A DNA stretch of 64,000 bases from Pecten maximus (GCF_902652985.1 NW_022979591.1:62001-126000); one strand, 5' to 3'; counted from the first letter of the stretch, positions 1 through 13,935 are shown. Program-made: numbers and translations. The notes: generated from the letters alone by a model not told the origin.

Positions 1-2
1 TA

Positions 3-3000
3 GCGAACCAGCGCGCTTTATTTGGCACACGCTCATCACATTTTCCGAGTAGACAGGTGGAGTTCGCTGAAGGCACCAAACCCGGGGACGGTGAGACACA
101 GCAGGAGATTATTAAAATGCTACGCGATGAGGTAAATGATCTCAAACGGTCGCTTACGCGTGGTGGGACAGCTAACTCACCGTACTACCAGCCTTGGCCC
201 CCACCTCCATACCACAATCAGGGTGGAGGTGAGGTGGTATCTCCGTATTACCCGCCGGCGGGGGATCCACGTTGGTATCCTCCGTATCGCGAAGGGAATC
301 GAAATCCCGACCGAAGACCTCGATCTCCCGGGTACGACAGTTCCCCGCGGCGCTTCCAACGGTCAACGGATAATGACAGCCGTCAATTTCTGCCTAGGGA
401 CCGGGATCGTTCCCCTACTGCTGACCGGAAGACGTGGGACCGAGGACGTAACTCTACGCCACCAGGATGGAGTAATGGTAGGAGCCAGGGCAACACGGAA
501 GACAGCCGCGTCCCGGTAAACAATTCCATGTCCCCAGACCGCCAGAAAAGCTTTCCTACGCGGTCCCGCTCACCGTCACCCGCGAATAAGGGATCAAGGG
601 ATTCATCCCCTCATAGGGAAATAAAGTTAGTAGTCTCAGAAGGGAGTAGTCTGACCATACCTGTGACCTTGAATGGGACAACCATAAGGGCAGTCGTAGA
701 TACAGCCGCCACCATGACGTTAGTCCGGAGAGGATTACTGGACCACCTGAACGGGCCGTTAATACTTGGAAAGCGCGTACAGCTCCGAGGGTTCACCGGC
801 AACGTGGAGAACGTGTGGGAAATAAAAGATCTACTCATCGGCGTGGGAGACATAGTAACCCCCTGGACGGTATGTGAAGCACCGATTACCGACGACATGT
901 TGCTGGGGGTAGACTTTTTAGCCAAAAACAACTGCGTTCTGGATATGAACTCCGGGAGGCTCCTGATGGCGGATCAGATAATTCCCCTCACCCCGTATAG
1001 GGAGAACAAACAGAATACCACTAAGGTGTCGGCGACTCAGACCACCACTATCCCTCCAAACTCCATAGGATTTTGCAATGTAGCCTGGGATAAAACCGTC
1101 CAGCAGTCAGCCATGATCCAGCCTCATTCCAGCCCAATAGGACCGCTACTCAGCAACACATTTGTAGCCTCGGGAGTGGACCATGCTATAATGAGAGTGG
1201 TGAATGATTCCCTGAAGTCCTTTAAAATTAAAAGGGGGAAGGATGTTGGGAAACTGGAAACCGTGGAGCTACTTACACCACTTCCGGCACGGGAGCAAAG
1301 AGAAGTTCGGAGTGCCCCAGCTTCTGACCAGGAAAATAGGATACCAGAATTTCTACGAGATCTAATCAGTCGGTCAAGCCAGGAGCTGAGCCTCAGTCAA
1401 CGACGGGAACTAGAAGACTTACTATCGGAGTTCCAAGATACGTTCGCCAAACATGATCTGGATATAGGGTGTTTACAGGAGATAACACACAAGATTGACA
1501 CAGGCTCCGAGGACCCCGTTCGGCAGAGAATGAGGAGGACCCCTGCTCATTTCCAGGACCAGGAACGGGAACACCTGGAGAAGATGCTAACCGCTGGTGT
1601 TATCCAACCCTCAAACTCGGAGTGGTCCTCAGCCCCGGTGTTGGTGAGGAAAAAGGACGGAAGCCTAAGGTGGTGTATCGACTACCGAGCCTTAAACGAC
1701 AAAACCGTCAAAGACCGGTTCCCATTACCCAACATAGACGACTGCCTGGACTCGCTGAAGGGGACCAAGTACTTCTCAACGTTGGACATGGCCTCCGGTT
1801 ACTATCAGATAGTCCTTGACGAGCAAGACCGGAAGAAGACGGCGTTTATAACCCGGTACGGCCTATTCGAACACACCAGAATGGGTTTCGGGCTGTGTAA
1901 CGCCCCAGCAACGTTTCAGCGTGCCATGAACCTTGTTCTGCGGGGACTAACTTGGTCCGAAGTATTAGTGTATCTGGGCGACATAGTCATCCTCGGTAAG
2001 AACTTCCCAGACACTCTCAACAAGCTAAGGAAAGTCTTGGAACGGTTCCGCCAGTATGGGTTAAAGCTCAAGCCCAAGAAATGCGAGCTATTCCGGAAAG
2101 AAGCTGTGTTCCTGGGTCGCCTGGTCAACGAGCAAGGAGTCTCCATTGACCCTAAGAAGATGGAGGCAGTAAAGTCTTGGACGGTTCCCACCGACAGGAT
2201 TAAACTCATGTCCTGGGATTTGCGAACTATCATAGGAATCATGTTCCCAACTACGCCGGGATTACTCAACCGCTCTATGAGCTAACAAAGCTGACAGTAG
2301 ATTTCCGGTGGGGGGAGGAACATCAACAAGCGTTTGAGCAAGTCAAATCAGCCCTGTGTGGTGCACAGTGTCTGTCATACCCAGATGGTGAAGGGGAGTT
2401 CATACTCGACACCGATGCCTCGGACACCACCATAGGAGCAGAGCTGTCACAAATACAGGACGGGGAGATCAAGGTCATCGCCTATGCTAGCCACGTACTG
2501 ATTCCCGCTCAGCGTAAATACTGTACCACCAGGAAAGAGTTGCTGGCAGTGGTGAAGTTCTGCCGGCATTTCCGTCATTACCTCCTAGGCAGGAAATTCT
2601 TCGTACGCACGGACCACAACAGCTTAGTCTGGCTTACTCGGTTCAAGCATATCGAGGGTCAGCTGGCTCGCTGGCTCGAGGAACTGGCCCAATTTGACAT
2701 GCAGATACTCCACAGGCCTGGGAAAACCCATGGGAACGCCGATGGCCTTTCCCGGATTCCGGACACCAGAGGAAGTTGCAATTGCTACCAGGCGGGAACG
2801 AAAGTGGAGAATCTACCGTGCGGAGGGTGCCAGTTCTGCCAGAGGGCGCACCAGCAGTGGGAGAGGTTCAGCGAGGATGTAGACGACGTAGTCCCCCTTG
2901 CTCATCGCAATTTCTGCTCCCAGGAAACCCAGGAGCTCCAGGGGAGTATCAAGCGGGCGACAGCCTCACATTTGGATGCAACCTCCTCGGACGAGGACGA

Positions 3001-4693
3001 CTCTGACAACGAGGGGGACCCCTCAGGAAGACCTGACACAGTCGTTAACTGGATGGAAGGATTATCCAGTGAGACCCTGGGTAAACAACAAACCCAGGAC
3101 CCCTGCATCGCGCCAATCTACCACTGGTTAGACCAGAACATCGAACCGACAGAAGGAGAACTATTCTCGTATGGTCGATCCGTGAAAGCTTTGTGGTTGC
3201 TACGCGCCATGTTATCCATCAGGCAGGGAGTGCTGTACGTCGTTCCAGAGGGACACCAACGTCCCAGGGTGGTTCTCCCACAACAACTCCAAGCGATGGC
3301 CTTGACCTGTGCCCATGATCACACCGTAGCGGGCCATATGGGGGAGAACAAGACCTACAAAAGACTGAAACACCATGTCTGGTGGCACACGATGAGGTTG
3401 GATGCTAAACTGCATGTCCGTTCCTGTACCACATGTACCCGCAATAAGAAAACTAGGAAGCCTAGAACGAGCTTAGGAACCTTCCACGCAGGTTTCCCCA
3501 TGGAGAGGGTCCATGTGGACATACTGGGACCTTTCACACCCAGCAAAGCCGGAAATCGATACATCTTAATGATGGTAGACCAGTTCACTAAATGGGTCGA
3601 GTTGGCCGCGCTCCCGAATCAGTCCGCGGAAACCGTCGCGTATAGTTTTGTCGAACAGATTCTGTCCACATTCGGGTGTCCTCTCCAGGTACACACAGAC
3701 CAAGGCAGTAATTTTGAGAGTCAGCTGTTCACCGAGCTGTGTCAACTGCTAGAGATTACCAAAACCCGCACAACACCCTACCACCCGAGTTCAAACGGAC
3801 AGGTGGAACGCCTAAACCGGACAGTACTGCAGATGGTGAGATGTTGCATACAGGGACAGGATGATACTTGGGACTACTACCTCCCAATGATCAAGATGGC
3901 TATGCACGCAACTGAGAACAGAAGCACGGGATTCACCCCAAACATGCTAATGCTGGGACGGGAGGTGTTTCAGCCTTTGGACCTGATGGTGGGTTCACCA
4001 CCGCCTAAGGCGGAGACGTCCCACCAATGGGTTAGGCACCTCACCGAGTCATTTTCCCGTATACACGAACTAGCTCGACAACACCTAGGACGCACACAGC
4101 GCCGACAGAAGAGAGATCACGACTCAAAACTGACAGAGAACATATTTCGGGTGGGAGACATAGTATACAAAAGAGATTCATCCACCAAAGTCGGGAGGAG
4201 CTCCAAGCTCAAGCCGCCATGGCTGGGACCATATCTAGAAGAAACATGCAAACACCCAGTCTACAAGATCAGGAACCGAAGAGGGGCCAAGTATTGTCAC
4301 CACGATCGCTTAAAGCTCTACGCGGGGGATACGTTTCCCATATGGCTACGTCGCCTAAGACACAACCTCCTACCGGAGGCCGCGTACGATGATCCCTCGC
4401 GGACGGAAGTACCCTCGGACGAGGAGGACATAGACCCGTGTAACGCGAGTTCAGGGGAGGACAATGACGCTCCGACGGCGAGTCGTGGGGGGAAACACCC
4501 CGGAAGCGGTAGTAACACACCGCCAAGTGTGGTGTCCCCGAAAAAACCATCAACAGGCCCCGGGGTCTCGAACCGCTCGAATACCGTTGGCTCTCTCGAT
4601 AGCATTTTGAGGGGGGACCAGAATAAACCAGTAACACGTACGGGGAGACAAACCAGACAACCCCGTAGATTTGACAACTACTTCCTACCCTAG
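3..4693 (+). pseudogene. pol: gag-pol polyprotein (gag tail, aspartic protease, RT, RNase H, integrase), frameshifted near 2212
   Basis: Protease VDTAA; RT LDMASGYYQ and MGFGLCNAPATFQR, with catalytic YLDD changed to YLGD. After the shift the frame reads LGFANYHR...FILDTDAS...RKELLAVV (RNase H). Integrase HHCC, VHVDILGP, HTDQGSNF, NGQVERLN. Confidence 0.92.
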
Positions 4694-4851
4694 GTTACAC
4701 TACGGGAGGGGGGTAGGTAAGTTAGGCAAGCGAATACAGGTGGTGTGTGTAGGCACAAATGCAGGTGGTGTATAGGAGTATATAGATAGAAAATGCTACT
4801 ATTCCGGTCCATACAATGCAACTCTCAGTCAATTCTGTTGCAGGACTACAA

Positions 4852-7181
4852 ATGGATATCCTCGAGATACACCACAGGGAAGATGGGCTCGAGGACCTCC
4901 TTAGGGTCCGACTCCTCATTTGGAGTCGGAGACTTCCTCGCCCCCAGGGTCCGTCCGTGCTCCCCTCGCAGAGCCGGAGAACACGGACCTCGAGGGCGAC
5001 AACATTCCCCCTGAAACGTCCGGGGGGGATACCCCTTCACCAACCCGGGGCCCCACTCCCACTAAAACATCGGGCCTGCCTTCTGGGGAGCCAGAATCTG
5101 ATCCCCAGGAGGCCAGTCCAGAGCCCCGACTGTATCCCCGGGGGATACCCTTCAGGACTGCTGATTGCCCGGACGGGCCACTGGCTGTCCCGAAGGTGCC
5201 CCTAGGGGTACCGCTGCCCACCCTCAGGCTCATGGAGGAAATGAAGGCCTCCGCGGTTCCATTGGAACCCCGGGTGGCACCTTCCATGAGCCACCCCACA
5301 TCCGGTCCAGTTCTCTCGACCCCTGCGGAGAAAGCATCCCTGCTAATACCCGGGGTGATCCCCGCGGGAGCCGAGGGGACATCTGCACCAGGAAGCGCTT
5401 CCTGGGGATGGGGAGACGCCGACCGTGTCCTCCACCCTAGGAAGAGGAGGAGATCCCGGAGGAGGCGGGGTAACACCCCCAAATCCGGGCTCCCCGCTTC
5501 AGAGTCTCCCCTGTCCAGCCCTCCCATGCAGGGAGGGGGATTAGGAGGGACTCCGGGCCCAAATCGACCTTTGCCCTCGCCGGGCCGCCCTCCTATACAA
5601 GGAGGGGGTTCGGCGAAAACGCACAAGAGAAATCAACAGCGGGCCCGTAAACGGGAGAGGGAGGCCGCGTCCAATGCACAGTTTGGCTTCGCCGTTAAGC
5701 CTACAGCATTGCCGGCGGCCTCCCTAGCCGGGAAGCGCCCAGAATGGCCTCTGGGATCCCGGCCGCGCCCGGCAAACACCGACGGTGATTCAGTCACCGT
5801 CCGTGTCTGCCGGGATGGCGAGTTGTGCCCCCTTTGCCATAGGGAGGTGACCAACCTTCGGTCCCACGCGCTGGAAGTTCATTTGAACTTCCTAGCCAGC
5901 GTGGACGGTGGTTGTTTCACCTGCCGGCAGGGGGGGGGGGGGGGGGGCCTCCAGGATCTCCCACTTAAATGGCCATTCTGGTCATCGTGGGACCCTGGAG
6001 GAGAATGTGGCCCCGTGGATCGCGGGTCTGAGACGCATGCTCTGCGCTCAGGCCCACGATTGCGGGTGCGAGGAGGTCGGGGAGCTGTTAGGCCTGATTA
6101 AGGGCTTACACCTCCCTACAGAGGAGGGGCCTTCCGGGGAATTCTCTTTGCGAGAAGGGGAGGTGGCGGAGGCCATCAACTCCGAATTCCAAGATCCCCG
6201 GGATGTCTCCCCCTCGCCTCCTCGGTCCGTTGGGAGTCTCCTCTATTGGAGGCTCCAGCTGACCATTTTGGGCAAGATGCCCCCACACCTGAGGGAGGGC
6301 TACCGTGAGTCCGGGCGCTTTCTGGTCCCGGGCTCCGGTGTTCCCCCGACTAGATCTTCCCGAGTGGCAGTCTATGACTGCCACTTCCACCTCGACGCCC
6401 TCCTAGCTCGGACAGGAGGCAGGTCTTTCGCCGAGTTGGAGAGGGCTGAGGATGGAGGGGGGAAGGCAGAGATCACCCTACTCGGGGGGTAGCTAACTAC
6501 GCCTACCCGAGGGGTTGGTCACTGATGAGGACGCAGGTCCAGGGAGATACCAGGATCGTGGTATCCGTGGGCCTGCACCCTCATCAGGTGGGGGAGGGCC
6601 AGCACCTTCTACCATTTCTGAGGTGCTTGGACAACTCGGCCTGCGGGGCGTTGGGGGAGGTCGGGATAGACCTCACCACCAACTGCGCCTGCCGGCCGAG
6701 ATGCAGAGATCCAGTCGCCTGCAGGAGGGGTCAAACGGAAGGGCAGGAGGTCGTTTTGACCACGGTCCTTCAAAGGGCAGTGGTCAGGGCCTCCCTACCG
6801 TTGGTCCTTCACTGCAGGGACGGGGGAAGCGGCCAAGCGGCCGCTTCGGCCCTGAAATGTATTCGCCAGGTGCCCGGCGCCACCGAGCTTGTGATACATT
6901 GGCACTGGGAGAGGTACCTCCCAAACCTGTACCTGGGGGTGACGGCTCTGTCCCTCAGGACCGAAGCCTCTCGCCGGGTCTTGAGGGAGCATGACTCCAG
7001 CAGACTGCTATTGGAGTCGGATGCTCCCTATCTGGTGCCTTCTGGGGCAGGGGAGGGGCCCAACACTCCCTGGCTCCTGGGGCACGTGCTCCGGGGGTTG
7101 GCCGGTCTAAGGGGGGAGGATCCAGGCCAGCTGGCGGTGGTGCTGAACACCACTGCCAGGAGGGTCTACTCCCTCCCATAG
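4852..7181 (+). pseudogene. tatD: Accessory gene at env position: disordered N-terminus, C2H2-like zinc fingers, TatD-family nuclease (~6367-7181); frameshifted
   Basis: ORF pieces 4920-6101, 5908-6492 and 6525-7181 join across G homopolymers (~5930-5948, 6484-6489). TatD motifs DCHFHLD, VGLHPH, LGEVGID, LHCRD, LLESDAPYL, NTP; zinc finger CPLC..HALEVH. Splice-acceptor-like ctgttgCAG (4843) precedes ATG 4852. Confidence 0.85.
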
Positions 7182-7415
7182 AACCGCCCCTCAGGAGGTT
7201 TCAATCAATGCCAGTAAGTATGCCAGCTACGCCCCTACGGGGGACGTCTAGACCAACAGCCATTATAGGGTCTTATTATGGATTTTCTTGAAACTTCAAA
7301 GTATCTCCCTTTACGAAGGGAGGGGGGAAGTTATAACGGGTTTTTTTGAAACTAAATAATGGTAATAAGGTTACAGTACAATTACAATAAGGACATAAAA
7401 TTAGGGAATAGTAAG

Positions 7416-7562
7416 GTTGTTCAGGGAACCCCTGGGGTAACTCAGGCTGGGGCCTTCGGAACAACCTCAAGAGTCGGTAATTTAGGAAAGAAAAAAAAAA
7501 CAAATAAGCGTAGTTGTTCAAGGATCCCCTGGGGTAACTCGGGCTGGGGCCTTCGGAACAGC
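7416..7562 (+). repeat. Two ~50-nt direct repeats, each folding into a GTAA-tetraloop hairpin, in the 3' UTR of element 1
   Basis: GTTGTTC...CCTGGG-GTAA-CTC(A/G)GG...GAACA(A/G)C at 7416-7465 and 7513-7562. Confidence 0.7.
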
Positions 7563-8025
7563 TCTCAAATTTCACCCCTAGAGTATAAAAATTATAGGTG
7601 TCCGCTCAAAGGGAGCAGGATTGATAGTTAGGGAATTTGGGAGTAAGAGCTCCCCGCCATCCGTCGTCTATATGGCAGTTATGTCTAGAACTGCCAATAG
7701 AGAAGAATGAAATACGTTAGAAAATAAACAATAGTTCCCCTCTTTTTCTCATATACCCTAGGTAATATGATAGGGCTTAAAATAAATTATACCAATATAA
7801 AATTCCATGAAGGGAACGGTTCAAAATAAGTAACGTTCCTATTCATGGGTAAAACTAAAAGTTTAGCTTAAGGGGGCTCATACCACTTGTTCCTCACGGG
7901 AGATTCCTCGACCCGGACACCCACAGGCTAATCTTGGACCCATGAGCATCCTGAACGACTCCTCTCCACCTGTTTGCCCTGAGGAACCAACGTCCAGAAG
8001 GGGGCCTTCATAAAACGGGGAGGAG

Positions 8026-8265
8026 TGTAGTGAAAATCCAAGGAGAGTGATCTCCCTTGGTAGGAACTCGCTCCGTGCACGAGCTGGAGGTGCGCTCGTA
8101 TGTAATCCCGCGAAGTGACGGAGAGCGCCCTCTTTATCTCAAACCAGCGAACGGAATAGACGCACCAAACGTGAGTAGTCACTGTATTGTATGGTTTTGG
8201 GATACGGGAGCATTCATTAGTCTTCTAGAGAAGGCTGGTGATAACCCACACCAGTTTTCTCTACA
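8026..8265 (+). repeat. 3' LTR of element 1 (240 bp)
   Basis: Follows the PPT directly; inverted termini TGTAG...CTACA; partner LTR not in window. Confidence 0.7.
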
Positions 8266-9170
8266 ATATTAACAAAAAAGAAACCATCCGGTATTAATAG
8301 CATACGATATAGAGTAATATTTAGTATTGCACACACACACGCACACACACTCGCACATGTTATACATGTATATGTACAGGGGAAAGAAATTCAAATTCTC
8401 TATGTATATATAAAGTGGGTTTTCCATTACTGTTATAATTAGAATTTATAAATATGTTTGATATTGCATGCTATTTGAATACACACCTTCCCCCCAACCC
8501 AGGCAGACACTATGCACACATATGTGTTTTTAACTTTTTCTTTCCAACTTAGAATAATTAATTATAAACTCAGAGTATTACATGGTTTAGTATTACTCAT
8601 CCAAACTGGGTCACCTACACAGATTCTTGCGCAAAACTGCACAGACATGAACAAAATTTTAAGATGTTCATAATATCTCATCAACTATATACAAGGATAC
8701 ATGACAAATACAATTTAACTAAGATCTTAATCTGATCAAAAATTTGATCAAAAATATACATGTACTAATGAACCACTAAATATCCTACACTGGTTTAGTC
8801 TGACCTTTACCCTTAAGACCAACTAATAGATAATAGACTTCCAGTACAAAAGACTTGAATAAGACCCCGACTTTTGACTTAATGACTAATGTAATAGTCT
8901 ATTTGTGTTTTTAATATATCTAATTACATTATTAAAGATATGAGTGTTTATATCATCACTGTAACTGTCAGAACCATTTAGGAGTATGTCAATATGAAAA
9001 TATTCCTGCTTATGTAATCTATTAGAGTATCTCTATGCACTCTCTATGCACAATATAGTTAAGGCATAACAAGAAAAAATGATATGAATATTTCACGGTG
9101 TATCCCATCTCGGCATTGTTCTATATATATTTTTAACAGAAATATATATGGATTGAACGGTGTTTTATTG

Positions 9171-9259
9171 CGGTGGTATGAACGCAATGGGATACAGACA
9201 TATTCTATATAGCGGGTTACAATAGAATATGTCTGTATCCCATTACGTTCATACCACCG
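9171..9259. repeat. Long inverted repeat (~38-bp stem), probable non-autonomous palindromic (Crypton-like) element remnant
   Basis: CGGTGGTATGAACGCAATGGGATACAGACATATTCTAT ... ATAGAATATGTCTGTATCCCATTACGTTCATACCACCG. Confidence 0.6.
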
Positions 9260-9822
9260 TAAACGAAATAAAGAAACTATTAAATTCATATATTTAAATC
9301 AAACAAACACAAAAAAAATGTATTTGTTTTGTTTTAGTTTGTTGGTTTTTTTTGCCAAATTTTATTCCTTTATAAACACAGACAGTTACAACAATGTCAT
9401 ACATGTTTGGTAACTATGGCAGTCGTGGCTGCTAAGATAGCATAATTCCGGTGAATCTACGTTAAGACACCAGTACTGTTTACAAAATTAAAAGAAACAA
9501 CTCAACATTCTTATTTAATTCAATTTACGTTTTCAATCAATTCATATATATAAACACACCACAATTTCGGTCTCGAATTAACTATGATTGTTAAACACAG
9601 GAGGTATTGACACAGATATAGGAACTGTAAAATTGCGTTGATCAGTCCTTTGAAAATCCTTTATAAAGGATTCAAAAGTCAAAAGATTCTTACCAGGTTA
9701 TTTCGATCTTCATTCATAGAAAAGAAAACACCTATGGGAAGTTACGTTAATGTAAGCTGGTTTTAAATTTACAAAACATATTTTCTAGGCCCTTTTAGCT
9801 CTCTTGAAAAGAGTCTGAAAGT

Positions 9823-10220
9823 AACTAGAACACTGACACGTCAGAAAGGGCCCCGCTATGTGTCTGACCCTTCAGGGTAAATGTAATAATTATTGTCAGT
9901 GTTTTTCCTGCCTACATAACTGGGTGCGCCAAACCATGGCAACAGACGGTTTCATAAGTGGTACCATTGTGTTTGGCTTCCCTAAAAACCACTATGTACC
10001 AATTTTCACCGAAATCGAACAATATAGAAATTTCAACCAATCAGAAACCTCCATTTGTTACCATGGCAACAGACGGTTTTGTAAGTGGTACCAATTTTCA
10101 CCGAAATCCTTCAACTCTTGTCAATAATTTGGCGCAAAAGAAAAAAACGGACAGACGGACAGACAGACAGACAACCTGATTACTATAGGGCACCACATCT
10201 TCGATGCGGGGCCCTAATAA
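9823..10220 (+). mobile_element. HINE/pearl-like non-autonomous (Helentron-associated) element, copy 1
   Basis: Sub-terminal IR GGGCCCCGC...GCGGGGCCC, duplicated internal core (CCATGGCAACAGACGGTTT twice), (ACAG/ACGG)n microsatellite, 3' palindrome. Confidence 0.7.
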
Positions 10221-10610
10221 ACCAGGTTATTTATTAAACAAAATTACAGTTAACCTGGTTATTGCTACAAATTAAAATCAATCAGGTTATAAGATTAACC
10301 AGGTTATAAGTACAAACTTCAATGGGAAATTTATATAATTAACCAGGTTATTAGTACAAACTACAATAAGTTATATAATATTATATTCAACTTAGGTTAT
10401 TGGTATAGGAGCAGTTGATGGTGATATCACGTCGGAAAACTAAGTAAGCACAAACATTTCATGTTATTAGATGATTTGTGCTGAATAAAGCCTTTTGAAT
10501 AATGATAGGATTACATTCCTTTTCTAAAAAAAAAGTAAATGACAATTTTAGACCTTTTAAATCCTTCAAACGAATTTAAATTGTTGAAGCAATCAAAGTT
10601 TCCAATTGAG

Positions 10611-11014
10611 AACAAGATCATTCATTGATAAGAAAATGTCAAAATTGTTTTGACTGCTAAAATCCAAAAGGGTCGATTACCTGGCATTTTGAAGCCGACC
10701 CAGGATGACCTTGACCGTTGACCTTTGAACTTGTGACCTTGAACTATGAGTTTGATCATTCTGTCAGTTAACTCTTGGTTTATTTCTTGACAACTTTGCA
10801 TAATCGAATAGTGAACAGTTAAAAACAACAAAGATCCAGTATTTTCATGTTAATGTTAAAATCCAATATGGCCGCCTAACAGCCATTTTGAATCCGAATG
10901 AAATACTACACATCTGATCTAGGATGCATGAGGAATCATCAGTTCCAATTTGATACAAATCCTTCATCTCCTTCAATCATTTTTGTGCAGAAGAAAAAAA
11001 CGGACAGACGGACG

Positions 11015-11046
<32 letters not shown>

Positions 11047-11103
11047 GACGGACAACCTGATTACTATAGGGCACCCGCATCTCTCGATGCGGGGCCCTAA
11101 TAA
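10611..11103 (+). mobile_element. HINE/pearl-like element, copy 2 (5' boundary approximate)
   Basis: Same (GACG/GACA)n tract and 3' end ACAACCTGATTACTATAGGGCACC..GATGCGGGGCCCTAATAA as copy 1. Confidence 0.65.
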
Positions 11104-11809
11104 TCACTATCAAGTTATATACAAGAACATCTTCTGAATAAACTGACTTAAAAGAGTAAGATAAAAGATTATTGAAGAGTTCGAAATTGACAATCTAATG
11201 ATAAAATCAAATTCCATGATGTGAGCTAAGGAGTTCCAGAAGACTTTATTAGCTCAATTTCAGCCCTTTTACAGTAATATATTTACCCAACATCAGGACT
11301 TGAGCTTTTGTATAGAAGTAATGAATACAAAACAGAATTCATAAATAATTAGAAAGAAATCTCCAAAACATGGTTAAACTTATTTATGTTGCATTGGAAG
11401 TCCTGAGGTCAGGTAAATATATTAATGGAAAAGCTGATCATATGTCACAATATAATGCGACCATGAGAAAACAAATAACAATTACTATGTACGTACATGT
11501 AGTATTAAGTTACCAGTAATTTTTATTTTTCAGGCAATTAATTAAAAGTCAAATTGAAATCAGTTGTATTTGATGAAAACAACTTTTTAACCCTCACTTC
11601 AAACACATCAGTGATTTTCAATGCTTTAAATTCATATTATTCTGTGTCATGTTGATACTTCACAGAAATTTATCCGTCAATTTCTGGAAACAGTTCAATT
11701 TTCAAAGTTTTAACTGATGCAGCATCAAGGAGTAATGTTAATTGAAATAGTCCTACACATCACTTAAACATGAACACTCTGTAGGTCCTCAACGAAATTT
11801 GGTAAAAGT

Positions 11810-13935
11810 TTAGTAAAAAAATGTTTTGCAAACTTTCACGACCTGCTTTTGGAAAAAATCCTTGTCACGCTTGATTTGTACAGTTGTCATATCATTTGGT
11901 GGAACAAAAACCACAAAGTCACAAATATCAATTCCAGTCAAATTCAACTGGCACTGAACTTGAAAGTAGTAGTCATGGGTCTTTCTCAAGAGTACTTCAC
12001 CACCTTCTGAATATAAGTAGAAGTTTTTGTCCCTAAGTTGGTTTTCAATTTTGGTTTTCCTTTGAAATAATGAAAAGGGGCATTTGATCTCAACCAGTCG
12101 GAGCTGTCCATCAACTTTTACTAGTCTGTCTGGTGTTGCAGCTAGGAAGGGAAGCTTTGGATTGACAACAAGACCAACTGGACAGTTTTGACAGGGTTTC
12201 TTCTCCACATACTTTGCGAATGCCATTGCCTCGTAGTTTAATCCATGTCGAACACTTCTTGTGGTGAAGAACTTTTTCTTTTGCTTGAACGTTCTAACAG
12301 GATCCGTTGCTTCCTTCATTCGACAAAATGAACCAAAATTTGAAGCAGTTATTCTGTATTCTCTCTGTTCAAACCAAAATTTAGATTTGCTTTGAAGCCT
12401 TGTGTTCTTTTCTATATGACGCATGCAGTCAATGTCACTGTCAACCACTGCAGCAAAATGATGCTTCATTTCTGGTGTTGCTGTGGACATAAAGGAATCC
12501 TGATCAATTCCAAAAGAAGTATCTATGATAGCACTATATAGCTCATCATATAGATCAGAGTCAGATAACTGTTTGGTCACGACAGGTGCATAATTATTGG
12601 CCCTTATAGTTTCCAATACTGGCAGTTTCAAACCTGATGCATCGTAAATGTTTACTAACCTTCTCACTTTTTCCTCTGTCACACTGGTACAGGGTTGTGT
12701 TCCTTGATGCTGCAGCACAAATCACGTTTCATTTGTTTGTCAGGGTCATGCTTCACAAAGTTAATGTCGCTAAACAGCAGTGGTTCATCTGTAACTGGCT
12801 TACGAACATGCCACATTTGGAGCTTATCAGTACACGTCTTCACTTCTGGAATACTAGTAACACCCTGATGATGAAGGTCAATGATGCTATACAATGCTGC
12901 AACTAGGTGTTTGCACTGGCCATCGATACCTGCAGGGCATGAACATGTCACCCATTTAACTTTTTGTCCTCCTTCTTTGAAACAAACATAAACACTGTAA
13001 GCTTGTTGTCTCAGCTGCTTGGCACACACTTCTTATAAATATCTGGTTCTTTGTTGTGTTGCTGCTGAGACTGTTCACTCTTCCCTCTCGATACAGTTTC
13101 CATCCTTCCACTTTATGACGCTTTGTGTTGATTTGGTCTGTGATGACTCTTTCATCAATATCCTCTATGGGGAAATCATCACTCCATCCAGTTTTTGGAG
13201 CCACCCTTCCTTGAAATCCCAAGAGACCTGAAAACCAACATATGAAATATTTTCAACATTGCAACACAATATGATATAAATATTGTTATATTATCAAAAT
13301 GCTAGCTGTACATGTGGTTTTCGAACTCAATTGTAGATGAACAGTAGATTTTTAATCCAGAAGTTCCCAGTTTGGTCCCTCGATAGCTATAGCAATGGTA
13401 GTTATTCAGATGCATATTGATTCTGCCCTCCATTAAATTTAATCTTGAGTCAGTATTTATGTTTTAAAATATAATTAAACTGAATGGAACATTTACAATA
13501 CTTAGGGGTAAATTAAAATACCAACAAAGAATATGGTCAATGCATATACCAAATATCAACGTTTTCACAGAATTGTTTTGACAAGACACATTTCTTGTAT
13601 ATTGCATATTATTTTAGATACATCTGAAAGCCAATTAAATATTAAAGATTTTGGTAAGCATGCTTTACCTGTACGTGATATTGTTGGGTTTAATGCCATA
13701 ATATCTACACATCCAGGACAACCAAGAACTCATGTCGTCAACTTCATCGCCATCAATGTTCACACAGTTCGGATGATACCATTCTTCACAGAAATCACAC
13801 TGAATCATGACTTTTTCAGGATCATCCTGGGACCTACATATGCAGTATAGCCGTCTATCTTTCTTTCTACTCTCCTCAGTGTGGTTGGATTCATTTGGAT
13901 CTGTAAGCTTTCTTTTCTTGGACATCTTGACACTG
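11810..13935 (-). pseudogene. PHD finger + SWIM + YqaJ/lambda-exonuclease accessory gene of a DNA transposon (ISL2EU- or Kolobok-type), intron-containing, frameshifted
   Basis: PHD exon LYCICR..MIQCDFCEEWYHPNC (~13670-13930); SWIM CSCPAG..CKHLVAAL; YqaJ motifs RITASNFG, HGLNYE, FLAATPDRLV, LVEIKCPF, YYFQVQCQL. Frameshifts near 13030 and 12690. Confidence 0.85.

Larger units (their letters stand above)
1..8265 (+). mobile_element. Ty3/Gypsy LTR retrotransposon 1 (5' part outside window), decayed, carrying a TatD-family accessory gene
   Basis: Order gag-PR-RT-RH-IN, then an accessory gene, a polypurine tract (AAAACGGGGAGGAG, 8012-8025) and a TGTAG...CTACA 3' LTR. The frame is open from base 3, so gag continues upstream. 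Confidence 0.9.

Noticed and set aside
4916-5626. 236-aa antisense ORF and other overlapping short ORFs in the GC-rich LTR elements
   Set aside because: Shadow frames of GC-rich low-complexity coding sequence with no motifs.
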